From the NCBI RefSeq assembly GCF_009834535.1, contig NC_045698.1:13146001-13210000 (forward strand): a stretch of DNA of 64,000 nt, in the 5' to 3' direction. A model generated the notes under the pieces. It was not told the DNA's origin, ran no database searches, and saw only the letters and a program-made list of their open reading frames with translations. The stretch is from Camelus ferus (lineage: Eukaryota). Within the stretch, counting starts at the first letter, position 1, and each line of letters begins with the position of its first letter. Shown here piece by piece: positions 50,532 through 63,586 of this stretch. The position numbers and the translations under genes were made by a program.

Positions 50532-52499
50532 AGCTGACAGAGAGCTGATTGGCTCACATTATTTTTCCTCCACCTACACTTAAATTCTGAATCTGGTCAG
50601 GGAGGCACTGCACATTTTCTGTAACACCCTGCTGGTAATTGAAGAACTGAAGCATGCTGCACCTGAGCGAAGAGCCCCGGAGCCTTGAGCCAGCTCTCAG
50701 CATCCCGCCTTGGCTGGGTGAATTGTCCCTCTATTTGGAAGCTGTATTTCAAAGATTGTGCCTCGGATGTAGGGAGTTTCTGATCAAAGACAAATGGAGC
50801 ATCCTAAAGGAAAGAGGCATACCCAGTGTACCATTTACTGTAACAGATTTCCAGCCTTTTTCTCTGAGTATTTTTCAGGAAATAGCAGATCCTCAAAAAA
50901 AAAATACCATATGAAGTAAGTAATAATGAGAATGAAGGCAGCATGGGACCTTGAAGGATAATGCTAATATTTAATAACATATTAACTGGAAAAATTTTAA
51001 AAAGCAGGAAATAAGACACTAAACTAAGTACTATGAAATCGAGTAGAAAAAAAAATTGAACAAATATATTTTGGAGATCATCACAAGGAAATTACTAAAA
51101 TAAGATATCTAAAATTGAATCTTAAAAAGAGTATTTGTCTCTAAGAACCGAAACTAAAGTCCAGGAGTCTTTCAAAGGGGGAAAGTGCTCATCCAGAGGA
51201 GGCACTAAATTCCCCTGTCCTCAACTTTCATGTCTACTACTTCCTGAATTCTCTACTTCTCTGACTCTCTCTCTCCCTCAGACTCTTTGGATCCAGGGAA
51301 TGTTCTTACACTTTAGTGTTTGGTTTTTTTTTTTCTCCTGAGTCTGCAAGGTCAATCTTTAAAGTATGGGTTAGATATACAATGTAATTATCGAGTTTTG
51401 ATTTGCGGGTTTTTCCTGTTGTGCAGAAAACTACAACCCCCTAGGCACCTGTTTTTCTGCTCCCCTCAGTTACCACTGGCTGAGCATCTTTGGGAATCTG
51501 TGCAGTAAATGGCCTTGCAGGAGCTTATTTCTTTCAAGGCATCCTGAGATATCTTAATGTTGAAATATGATTGTTCCACACAAAATGCGGTTTGCAGTGT
51601 ATTAGCTTTTGAAGAATATTTTATTGCAAAACTGAAGTGTGATTATAGCTGCTGTTTTAGCCAAGAGTGCTTTTGTTTAAACCGCCTGCTGCCCTGGTCC
51701 CTGGATGATACATATTTATACAGTGTTCTGTAAACTTTAAGAAAAGAGCAGTATTTTCATGAAATACATTTAACCGGGCTTTGTTGCTTCTGGGAAGGAA
51801 ATTAGGGTATCATTTGTGATTCTCTTCACATGAAAGCAGAAAGTGCAAAGGATAATCTTTGTTTGATATGGAGTATGATAATAATTGTTTTCCGAAACCA
51901 AAGTGTTTGAATCTGCTAAGAGACTCTTGAAAAATGGGAATAAATATGTTAATGTTCGTAGAAACAGCTTGTGATTTAATAAAAAAAAAGAAATTCTTAA
52001 AAATGTTATAAACTTGCTTTTGAAAAAGAAACCCTGAATAACTTACTTAGTTCAAGAGTTATTAAATATTTCCATGAAAAATTAATGGACAAATGCTTGT
52101 ATACATGCATGTTGAAATTTTTATATTATAATAACAGCTAAGAGAAAATTTTTATAACAAATCACAAAACTATTAAGATTAAGATATGGTTGTCAAACAT
52201 CCTATTCTAATAGACCTGAAGAAATAATAAGTATCTCCAGGCACACAGATTCACATAAACATCATTTCACTTTTAGCAGAGAACCTAGACTACTGATGGA
52301 GGATACCTACTGGAATATATAAGGCCTCACAGCAAAAATTATATAGGGCACATTTATACATTGTTTTAATTAAATTTTTAAACTGAAAATGTGCAGCAAG
52401 CTCTCATCATATCTAAAGATGGAACCTCTACTCTGTTGTACAGATAATGTCATTCCAGATACTTTATATATGAAGAGAGCTAGAATTTTGTAGAATCCC

Positions 52500-53322
52500 C
52501 CTTGAAAGTGAGTTTTGCACCCAATTCCAATGTGTTCGGGGTATTTCCCGCCACACCAGGAAGCCATTCTGGAACACCAGCTGCGTATCTTACAATTCAA
52601 CTCAGTCTCTCACTGTCCACTTGGAGACAGCAACATCAGATCCACAGATTAAGAACTTGGTCCTACAAGACTACCTCTATCAAGCCCCCCCCCCAATTTA
52701 AATGCCAATCAAAAATCCATCTTGTCACCTATGCTTCTGACTTACCCACTATAGATTGGAGGTTCCATCAACCTCCTTGGGTTTGGTTAATTTGCTAGAG
52801 CAGCTCATGATCTCAGAGAAACATTGTATATACTAGGTCACCAGTTTATTATAAAAGGGTATAATTCAGGAATAGCCAGATGGAAGAGCTGCATAGGGAA
52901 AGGAAGGGGGAAACAGCACAGGGCTTCCAGGCCCTCACCCCAAATCTCCAGGTGCTCACTAATCCAGAAGCTCTCCAAGCCCCACCCTTTTGGATTTTTT
53001 TAATGGAGGCTGCATTACATAGGCATGATCAATTAAATAATTGTCAGTGATTGAACTCAATCTCCAGCCCCTCTCCTCTCCCTGAAGGTCAAGTGATGGG
53101 ACCAAAAGTTTCAACCCCCCTAAACACCTGATTGGCTCCACTGGCAACTATCCCCAACCCTAGATTACTGAGGGGCTTTCCAAAAGTCACCTCATTATTA
53201 TACAAAACACACTTTATAGCTCTTATCACTTAGGAAATTCCAAGGTTTTAGGAATTCTGCATTAGAAATGAGGACAAAGACCTCATTTCTTATATATATT
53301 TCTTATAAATCATAATATCACA
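52500..53322 (-). mobile_element. MER21-like LTR
   Basis: acaccagctgcgtatcttacaattcaactcag...gttaatttgctagagcagctca...gccagatggaagagctgcataggg...cataatatcaca matches antisense MER21. Left boundary approximate. Confidence 0.8.
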
Positions 53323-53389
53323 ACATATTATGAGTTTGTGTAATACTTACTTATGATAAGACTGATGCTATGCATATTTGACAAAATAC

Positions 53390-53835
53390 TTTAAAGTTTT
53401 ATTGCATCATAATAGAGGATACAGAATATAAATGTATCTTATTACTGGTAATGTTAACCTTGATCAGTTGGTTAACATTGGGTCTTCCAGGATTCGCCAC
53501 TATTACCATTTTTTTCCCTTTCCATACTTTATTTTTCAGCAATGAGTCACTAATTACTGTCCATACTCAACCTGAGAGTTGGGAGATAAAACTTCACCTC
53601 TTCGAGAAGTCCAAGAATTTGGGGGTATATGATTAAACAATCATAGAAATTAATAAGTATTTGGGGGAGACACTTTGTGCATATAAAAATCTCCTTTTTC
53701 TCCTTAAAGTTTCACTACTAATCTTAGTATACTTCGGTTGATCTTGTCTGCAGCAACTTTCTTGACTGTTCTAATGTTAATTTTCTATTTCTCTCATCCC
53801 TTCTGTGTTTTAAAATTGGATTTTCTCTGTAAGAA
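53390..53835 (-). mobile_element. Old L1 (L1MC4-like) 3' UTR fragment
   Basis: ttattactggtaatgttaaccttgatcagttggttaa...taataagtatttgggggagacactttg. Confidence 0.7.
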
Positions 53836-53869
53836 CATGCAAATGAAATCTCCTGCCCTTTTGTAGCTT

Positions 53870-55520
53870 GTATTATTCCATTATACAGTCCTCTCCCTAC
53901 CTCAAAATTGTCACCTACAGAATCCCCTGTATTCTCACTTATCCAAGAATAATTTGAATGCTGTCTTCTTGTCCACTCCTATTTCTGTCAAAGCTGTTAG
54001 AGATTCAGAGTCTACTGTTTGATCCACTTAATGCCTTGGAACCTCAATTTCCTGACTTTTTCACCCTTACTTTGTTCATTTGTTCCCAGGGTCATGCCTT
54101 AGGCTACAGGTCACCTTCAGACGACTTTAGGAATATGTCAGGTAAGATAAAATACAGAAAAATAATGCCCTAGGCCAAAGGAATTTGAGGGAACTGCGAC
54201 AAACAGGAGATAACAGCCTGAAAGAATAAAATTCAAATTTCTTATTTATTTACTGAAGCCAAACAAATCCAAGCAACTCTTCAGGTTGCTGTTATTCTTA
54301 TTGTCATCAGTTTGTGCATTTTGACTGAGAACAATAACTTATGAAAGAAAACACTTACTTCAAATATCATATCCATCGACCTCTGCCTCTTGTTTTTTCA
54401 GTCTCCTCGCTCTTGTACTCTTACAGGTAGAACTACTGAACTTCAGTGAGGCTTCCTATCTACTCATTACCCTGATCCCACTAACCACACACTCCTTCTA
54501 AACTCACCTCTTTGTCTAGTTTAGACCCCGCGGTCCATTTCTAAATTGCATTCTTCGAAATATGAATAATCCCTGCGTTTCTCTCTCCATCTCCGATAAC
54601 TGGGGACACTTCAGTGCCAGTTGAACGCAAGTATCTATTCTCTTTTCTATGTGACCTGAAAGAACAGAATGTTCACACTAGCTCTGCTTTAAGTTGAACT
54701 GCACAAACCCCAAATAATGGTACCTCATCCTGGCCATTTTCAGTTGGATGGCCTACTAGGTTATGCTTTGATTTTCCTGGGATAGCAGAATTGAATTTCT
54801 CCTCCTCAAGCCTCCTACTCCTCCGATCCAACTGTGTGGAAGTTCCCTTCACCTTACTTCCTGTAAAACATTCTCCCTGATTTTGTCAAGACTTTGACTC
54901 TTTCCATTAGGGCTTCTTTCCACTAACATTATCAATTTCCTATTCTACCACGTAATTTCTCACCACTTTTTCCAACCTTCTTTTCTCTGTGCATTACTTT
55001 CCCTACTAAGGGCATCACAAAAAGCCTTGTTGGTCAACACCAAAGTCTAGGAATCATAAACAATTATGATCATTCTGTAATATCCCAAATCCAATCTCAG
55101 TAAGTTTTGTAAAATTATTCCAACATATTTTGTGTATAGTCAAGATCTCAGCGCTTACACTGTTACCCACCTAGTTCAAGACAACATCATCTCTCAGAGA
55201 ACTACAATGCTGGTTATTGATAGGCTGAGACTCACATAAAACACCATGATTTTCATCTCAGATTAAATATTAGTTCACTAATAAAAGTTTTCAAAACTCT
55301 TCCAGCTAAAGCAACCTCTATCCTCTACCATAGGAGTTGTCTATCGTGTTAAGATGTCTTATTTTCCTGTATGAGCACTTTTAAATTTAAATTATTTATT
55401 ATTTACAAATACATTGCTCTTGCTACCTCTTTAAAATATGCTCTGTGATGTCAGAGACTTGCCATCAAGGAAGCCTTAAAACCTGGAGTAAATTAGTAGA
55501 AAAATTAATAAATACGTTAA
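53870..55520 (+). mobile_element. Decayed L2 fragments
   Basis: Pyrimidine-rich L2-like segments (e.g. cacctagttcaagacaacatcatctctc...actacaat). Fragmentary. Confidence 0.5.
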
Positions 55521-55599
55521 TCTCATTAACATGAAAGCATGCCAGATAACAGTCAGCCCCATGAAGTGGAAAAAAAAAAAATTAACAATCAGAGCGCTC

Positions 55600-56010
55600 C
55601 CTGTCTTTTGACAAATGACTTAAAATTAGACAAAAAATGCAGATCTGGCCAATAGAACATGAGGGGAAAGTCTATCCTGGAATGTCTTGGAAAAGTTACT
55701 TGCTTTCCTAAAAGAGACTCAAGAGAGGCATGGCTCTATGTGGAGGTGACGTACTTCGAGGGGTCCCAGTTCAGCTGCAGATACAGGGAGAGTGGTTCAC
55801 CTGCTGAGGTTTTCTGGACAGAGAGCTGTAAAGAATTCAAGTCTCTGATGTTTGATCCACTATTTACCGCTCTGTAGACATCTTCCTTCTGGGATTCCTG
55901 TGTTATAGTAATGTCTCCTTTAACACTCAAATTTTTAAAAAGTTTTCTTTGTGTTAAATTTTTATAGCTGGCTTTTCTGTTACCAGCAGCCCAAAGCATC
56001 ATAACAAATA
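55600..56010 (+). mobile_element. ERVL-MaLR LTR (old MLT1)
   Basis: Ends ttttctgttaccagcagcccaaagcatcataacaaata, matching the MLT1 3' terminus. Internal tctggccaatagaacatgaggggaaagtct. Confidence 0.7.
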
Positions 56011-57116
56011 TAAACTTTTTTTTCTTTTTGCTCCCTTTCACAGCAAAGCTCTTCCAAAATTTACACTCTTTTGTTATGCTAATACCTCACTTTTAGTTCA
56101 CTTTTCAACCCACCACAATCTGGTTTCCCTCCTTACTACACCAGAAGGGAAGTCTACATATTACATGGTCATCAATGACCTCTATGTTACCAGTTTCAGG
56201 AAAGAATATTGTATTCCCATTACATCGTAAATATCAGAAGACAGCATAAATGTGTATCTTCCCTTTGTTTGAATTCTTGATTCCTTTGATAATCAGTGAG
56301 CCCCCCTTTTTAGAGTTGGATCATTTAAATGTTTTGCTTATAGGCAAAGTATTAAAATTACTTCTTTCTTGTGTATTTTTTCTTTGCAGTGTAACTCTTG
56401 CATAATGTCCAAGAAATACGCTAAACAGATCAGAATTTCCTACCGTATCTCTTCCCAGATGCTAATCCAGCATGCAATACCCTTTCCACATCACTCCTTA
56501 AAGTGTGCTTCTTACCTAATTTTTTAATTAGAGATATTATGGGTAGCATTAGTTTGCTGGGTATTTCAAATCACTAGCATATAATTATACAGCTGCATTT
56601 AAAATTAAATAATATGCATATGAATAAGTTTTGATTTATCATTTTAGAATCTCTTAATATCTTTAAATTAACATCAAACTAAGATAATCCAGGATTAAAA
56701 CTCAATACTGCAAATCATGTGTGTGTGTTTGTGTGCATGCCAATGTTCCAGTTCACATAATTTATAACCAGAAAAATTGTTGGACTAAATTTTGGTATAT
56801 GGAAGTTGTGAACACTTGAATTTAAATTTTGCCAAGGTGATAGTTATAAATGTTAAGAATCATAGTTTTTAAATGTGTCCCTGTGTCTATGCTTATAGCA
56901 GAGCAAGGTGGTGGCTCTTAAAGATCTTTTTTGTTGTACTGAAAGACATTGGCATCTTTTTTTGATACATTGTACTGAGGTTTTTTCCGGTATGTTTTAC
57001 CTAAGAATATATGGCAGAATATATATTCTTAAAAACATACTCAGTGACTTCTACTTTATGAACCTGTGTAAGAAATATATTGATAATGTGGAGATTCATT
57101 AAGAAAAACAAAATAA

Positions 57117-58672
57117 ACTTCCTGATTCTCACCCAACATGTAAAGAGCTCGAAAGTCATCATCCCGTCCAAACAACAGTAAGAAGTGAGACAAACTGGAA
57201 GTCAGCAAGTTTTTTCACACCTGTCACAGAACTGAGGTCACAGGATAAATAGCTGGCCCCCAGATTGGAGTGACAGGCAGGCAGATACAGAGATTCACAA
57301 TTTACCTGAGCAGAAACCCATGAGGAGAAACCTCTGTGAGAACCAATCTCCTGGGGTCAGAAAAGCTAATCTGTATTTGTAGGACTGCTGTAGACTCACT
57401 GAAGAAGTCTGAGAGGTAAAACTCTCATAGGGGCCACTCTTAGGAGGAGTTCCCCACAGTTGTGTCCGTTTTACCTCGAGGAGCCTTACCAGGTTTTTGC
57501 AGTAAAGATCAGAGGGAAGCTCCCTCAAGTTTGCATCACGGAGCGGGAAAAGCCAGGGCGTTCTGCTCTTCTTAGCAGGCATGCCCTCAACAGAACCCAT
57601 TTTACTAGTTCCTGAACTAAAGGGTTTTACCAGAACCTGATCAGCCTGGGAAAGGGGAAATACCCAGCTCCAGCCTCTTCTAGTCATCCTACCCCACTGA
57701 AGGCTGACAAGCATTTGTGAAGTTCACAGCACGGGGGTGCAGGCTCACAGAACTGAGACCCAACCACAGGACGACAGAAGGCCTCTCCTCCCAGCAGACC
57801 ATACGACACTAGAGGCCTATTTACCAGAGGTCCTTTTACCCAGTACATCGTGTGTAGCTATCAAGAAAAAATAACAAGGCATATTAAAATATAAAAAAAA
57901 AAACCTCCCATAATTTGAAGAGAGAGAGCAAGCATCAGAACCATATTTAGAAATGGCAGTGATGTTGGAATTATCCAACCAGGAATTTAAAATAACCACA
58001 TTTAATATGCTAAGGGCTATAATGAAAAAAGTAGACAACACGGAAGAACATACGTTCAATGTATGTGGAGAAATGGAAATTCTAAGATAAAGTCAAAAAG
58101 AAATGGTAGAAATGAAAAACACTGTAATAGGTGGGACACTGCTGAGGAAAGAATCTGAATTTGATTGTAGGTAAATAGAAACTTCCAAACAAAAATGTAA
58201 AGAGAAAAAAACTGAAAAACAAACAAAACCCCCAGAATATCCAAGAAAGGTGGGACAACTACAAACAGTGGAACACATGCATAACACTGTTACCAGAAGG
58301 AGACGAAGGATAAATGAAGCAATGTTTGAAGTGATAATAACTGAGCATCTCCAAAAATTAAGGGCATCAATAAAAAGACAGAGATAGTCATAGCAGATTA
58401 AAAAAAAAAAAATAGACCAAGATACACGTTGTCTACAAGAAATCTACTTTAAATATAAAAACACATGTGTATTAAGAGTAAGTGGGTGAAGGAGGATAAA
58501 CCATGCTAACATTAATTAAAAGAAAGCTGGAATAGCTACACTAATCACAGACAGAGCCGACTTCAGATCAGGAGAACTATTGGGGAAAGATGGCGTTGCA
58601 TAATGAGGTAGGGGTCAGTTCTCCAAGAACACACAGCAATCCAAACGTGTACGTGCCTAAAACAGAGTCAAA
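57117..58672 (+). mobile_element. Old L1 (L1MC/L1MD-like): 5' UTR, partial ORF1, then ORF2 endonuclease piece
   Basis: Starts acttcctgattctcacccaacatgtaaagagctcgaaagtc. ORF1-like sequence at ~57950-58350. EN-like tgtctacaagaaatctactttaaatataaa...ccatgctaac...aagaaagctggaatagcta at ~58365-58670. Confidence 0.85.
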
Positions 58673-59864
58673 TACGTATTATGTGGGTGCATATTTAATG
58701 ATTCCCTTAAAAGTATTATAATATAAAGACTCAGAAAGATAGATAGATATTGTACGTATTATCTCACATATGTATGAATATGTGTTTAAAATGTATTTTT
58801 TAAACTTAAGAACAAGTGTATTATATATGTCTTTAATAATTTATGAATAAAAGAAAGAAAGCATTCTTAGCATCATCTAGAACATTCATCTCTAACCAAT
58901 ATCTGACGATTTTAATGCAGAAGTAGGCATTCCAGTAAAATCAGGAACTCACAAGGATTTGCATCATTATCAGTCTCATTTAAGAACTCTAAATTTTGAA
59001 AACAATGCAATCAGAATCTAACATAAAATAATAGAAAAAACTCACTGAATTAAAGAGTAACAAATTCTATTTTTGAGCCTGCATATTTACAAGGATATAT
59101 ATTAAAAAAAAAAAACTAAGTGAAGAATATGAATGATAACATGCATACTTGGAGAACACCCACATAATAATATTGTGTTATAATTTGAAAATGAAGAAAG
59201 CAGAGAATCCAATGCCTGTTTTGATTGCATGTTAGAAAATATTACACGTTTGAAATTGGCATGATAATAAATAGAAAAAAATCAACAGACTAGGTAAGGG
59301 AAGCATAAAAAGAAAAAGAGAAAATTGAAACAGTAAATGATAAATTTATCTTACAAAACAATGTGAAGTAGATATTTAGCAAATGGACCAAATACAATTT
59401 TTGAGCACCCAAGGAATATGGTAAATCATTAGAAGATGGGGTCATGTGGAAGACAACCACAGCACGTACAACTGAAAATGTATCAGCAGTGACTCTCTCT
59501 TCCTCTTTCTTGGGAACCATATGGTCACTTATGTCTGCTCGCCAAACACATCTACTCCACATCTCTCTCTGCATTACAGCTTCTACTCCCTCAAAATTTC
59601 ACTCTTCTGAAATGTTCGTTTGACTAATCATCTTGATGGCTACATGTTGTCTCCAGGCCTAGCACTACAAATTTGCACTTTGGCTTGTAAAACTTACAAT
59701 ATCTTCTTGATTTGTTAAAAAGTATTTCGTAAAAAAAATAGATATGATGGTTTCTCCTTGAGGTGGCATCGTATATTAGACATCTGACCCCTAAATGAAT
59801 GCTTTCTGCAATGTCTATTGGTGGAGAGAAAGTAGTTCCTACAGAGAAGGGACTTGAGTTGAAA

Positions 59865-60212
59865 AATAGAGCAAACACTATTAATTCCCTAAATGATATC
59901 CCATTCTTCTCTTTTACCACAGTGAACAAATTCTAATTTTGTTTGGGGGTAGCAATGAAAATAAACTTATCTTTTTATTCTTTGCAGATAGCAATGGGCA
60001 CAGGACATATTTTTGCCTGATATAAAGAAGAGTTTACTGGATGTTTGGCCCTTCTAGGTCTTCAACTTAGATCTTCAATGACTATTTGAACAATTATACC
60101 ATCTTGGAACTATCTGCCTAGACTTTCAGGGCTTCAAATAAACTCTATTTTGAATTTCAAGCAAGCTATATTTGGATTTGACATATGTAGTCAAATGCAA
60201 AACTAATTGATG
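59865..60212 (+). mobile_element. ERVL-MaLR LTR (MLT1J-like), decayed
   Basis: cccattcttctctttt...ctaattttgtttggggg..., ending tatgtagtcaaatgcaaaactaattgat. Confidence 0.55.
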
Positions 60213-62249
60213 GAAAATACCTTAAAACATTTCTACTACATTTCACATCACTCCCCATTAAAACGTGGAACCTTATGTTCATGCATATAGTCCTCAAAAT
60301 CCCTGCCCATCCTGATCAACTCGGTCATGTGTAGTCACTAGAGCCGTCAGACTTTCTGAACTGGAGGGAACACGCTATCTTATCCCCCTGTTGCGTACGG
60401 GTGAGATGTCGTGGGGCCATTTCTTTCAGATTTCCCAGTACTCAGAACACCGTTACCATCACAATCAGGTGTACACAATTCCCATCTTGAGCTCTGTTGA
60501 TTAAATGATGTCAGCATGCTACATGTGTAACAGTAATGAAAAATAAGCCTATAGTAATAAGCAGACAAACAAAAACAAAATGAAATGTGGAATACATAGA
60601 ATTCGCCAGAATATGACTGTACTGCAAGAGACCATTTCTGCAGGAGAGAGATGCCACTTCCTCTGAGCTGGTGAACTACAGATGTGGCACAACCTTTGAG
60701 GAAAGCCACTTATGATAGGGTGTCAGGTAAATTGTGAACTGCGCACTAGATACCAGTTTTCACATATTTACCAGTTAATGAACTAATTTCCATATTCAGA
60801 GATTTCGCTATGACAACGAATGTCTGCTAAGAGGATGCCCCTTCTCAACAATCTCAACCAATTAGGCATCCACTCACATAATATGTGCTGTAGCAAGACA
60901 TTTTAAGCAAAGCACCGCTGACTTCCTTAGTCTGCAGGCAGAAAATTCTGCAAGAATAAGACTGCCTGCTGTGATGTTTGAACAGACAGAGATGCCCCTA
61001 ACAGACCATGGGTTCTCCTGGCGATAGGACCTTCCTGACGCTTCAGTGAAATTTTTATTCGACTTGGGAACCAATGGTAAAGCCAGGAGCTGGTGTGATC
61101 CTGCGATTTTCCATTTGCTTCAGCAATCCTCAGCACAGCTAGACAGCCTGTTCTAAACAGCTGCGTCTGGTGCAGAAGAAAAATGACGGATGGGCTTCCG
61201 TTGCTTAGAAACAATATAGCACAGGGCTGCATCTTCCAGTGTTGCTGTGCACTAAAGGCTCCTCATGTCAGACTCCTATTTAGAGACTGAGGACAGAGAC
61301 AAGCTGCAGAGAATCTTGACACATCACCCCCATTCTCCATCCTTCCCCAGCTTTAGAATGAGAGTCAGTGTGCTAAGAGGTGGAAAGTTGGGTGTAGATG
61401 GAAATACCCTATAGAGACCTAAGATGCCAGAATCCCTTATAATTCCTTCTTCACGTTCCCATTCCAACTGACAGTTCCCCTAATTGTCTTTAAAAAAAAT
61501 CAGTGCATGTAAGTCACAAAAAGCTACTTCAACAAAGATTGTGACTACTGTCAGTCAAAAAAGTACCTGGTGCGTTTCTATACAAAATCCAGTTATCCCA
61601 CCTTAATAGTTTCACTGTCTGCTTTAGACAAATGGGATTTTATAATTTTGCTTAATTATCCTCTTTTACCTGTGAACTTTCAGCAGGGAATGCAGGACAA
61701 TTTTTGTCTCTTTTGAAGTCCAGTAGAAATGACACACAGGGTCATAGATATTCCTCTTTGGCTGCAAATCTTGTCAATCTTTCCCCTTCATTGGGCATGA
61801 GCTACAAAGTGATGGAATCAGTTTATAATTGAACTCTTTGCTCACCACAAAACATAGAATAGATTCATTGCAACGAGTTTGAGGAAATTTTCACTGTTCT
61901 CACTCCGTTATAATCAATTACTCCAAATTCACAAGCGTTAGGAGATCAGCGCGTACGTTTCTCCAGCTTCACTGAAAAGGAATACGTATTTGGACAACTG
62001 GAGATCGTGGTTTGCTGTTTCCTCCTGGGCTCTGTTCCACTATGCATTTACCTCTCCTAAGGCTTTGAATGAAGAGTATACCCGTTTGGGGTTCTACATG
62101 GCATTGAATTTGTTCTGAGGACATCTAATTCTATACCATGTAGTGATCATGCTTGTTCATTGGGGAAGAGCTGATCTGATAGCAGTAAAAACTTTAGGAA
62201 ATGGAGGATTGCTGGACAAGCATGCAAAGCATGGTTATGTCTACTATGC

Positions 62250-63300
62250 ACTTAGCACTGAAAAAACTACTCATCAGCCTAAAATTTTTTATCCAATTAT
62301 ATATATATTTTTAAAAAAATGAAGATGAATTAAGGTCATGCTTAAATGTAAATAGCTACATTATTCTCTAGTATACATCTAGTAGACTAAATGTTACTGG
62401 GCGTAACTGCTGTGGAGGAAGAATTGATGTCATAGGGGAAATTGGAGCCACCCACAGAAATAAACACCTGCAGAAATTGGAAATATATAGTTTAACAGTA
62501 AAGACTTTTGTTTCTCTGGTTGTAACTTCTTTAAGTGTTTGCTGAGAGTAGTAATGATAATGATGAATTAGAATTTTTTAAAACAAATACTGATGACTAT
62601 TTCTTATATACAAGAATGTTTATTATTTGAAGTTAGATTGTGATGTTTTAAAATGCACATTGTAGAATGAAGAGCATCCATTAAACATTTAAAAAAAGAA
62701 ATGTAGTTAATAATCCAATAAAGGAAACAAGCAGAATACTAATCAAAAATCCGTTAATCCAAAGAAGGTAGGAAAAGAAAAGTAACAACAGAAGGGAAAA
62801 CAGAAAACAAATACCAAGATGGTAGATTTAAACCCTATAATTTCAAAAATTATATTAAATTTAAACATTCTTAACACTAAATTTAAAATTCACAGTTTGT
62901 CAGAATAGATGAAAAATCTAGATGTGACTCTACTTTGTTAAGAAGCACACTTTGTAAATATAAAGAACACAGAAAGGTTCACAGTAAAAGAATGAAAAAT
63001 AACCATCACACAAACAGCAATCACAAGAAACCTGGTGCAGGTATGTCAATAAAAAAGAAACTAGAATTCAAGACAGGAAATATTATATCTTATAATGTTA
63101 AAAGAATCAGTTTCTAATAAGCCAGCATTATAAATGTGTTTTTCCCTAGTAACATAAAGTAAAAGCTGAAATATCTGAAAAAAATATGTGCTCACAATTG
63201 GAGTTGGAATTTCAACACTTTCCTCAATAACAGATAGAAGGAAATAAAAATTTAATGAGGCAATAGAAGTTCTGAAAATTATCAACCTGGTTAGTCTTAT
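62250..63300 (+). mobile_element. Very old L1: ORF1 end, inter-ORF and ORF2 endonuclease remnant
   Basis: ORF 62935-63117 (KYKEHRKVHSKRMKNNHHTNSNHKKPGAGMSIKKKLEFKT) resembles the L1 EN segment KYKD..RLKVKGWKKIYHANSNQKKAGVAILISDKIDFKT. Confidence 0.8.
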
Positions 63301-63541
63301 ACATCACAGTTATGAGCTTTTGTTTCTCTTTATTGTAATTTATTGATATCTTTTTAATTGTTTTCATTCAGCACATATACTGAATGGGATGGAGCACTAA
63401 GAATTAGAATAACCTCCCTGCCTGCCGCATCATGGGATAATTTTCTCAAATTAGCAGAGTATAATTTGCCAAAACGTATGGTGTTTTATCAGTTTTCTCA
63501 CTAAATATAATTCCTACATCTGTATACATGAATTTTTTTTT

Positions 63542-63586
63542 GCATTCTTTTACTCCACACATATTGATTGTAGAGTAAAAGAATGC
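63542..63586. repeat. Perfect 14-bp inverted repeat with 17-nt spacer
   Basis: gcattcttttactc (63542-63555) / gagtaaaagaatgc (63573-63586). Confidence 0.95.

Noticed and set aside
57295..57714. Longest ORF (139 aa, minus strand) as an L1 antisense ORF0-like gene
   Set aside because: It lies antisense in an ancient, decayed L1 5' UTR. ORF0 is described for primate L1PA elements, and no similarity is evident.
1001..63285. All ORFs in the supplied six-frame track as protein-coding genes
   Set aside because: They are 60-139 aa, many with non-ATG starts or low-complexity composition, and show no recognisable host domains. The only recognisable ones are decayed transposon frames. Eukaryotic genes here would be spliced, and no coherent exon chain was found.
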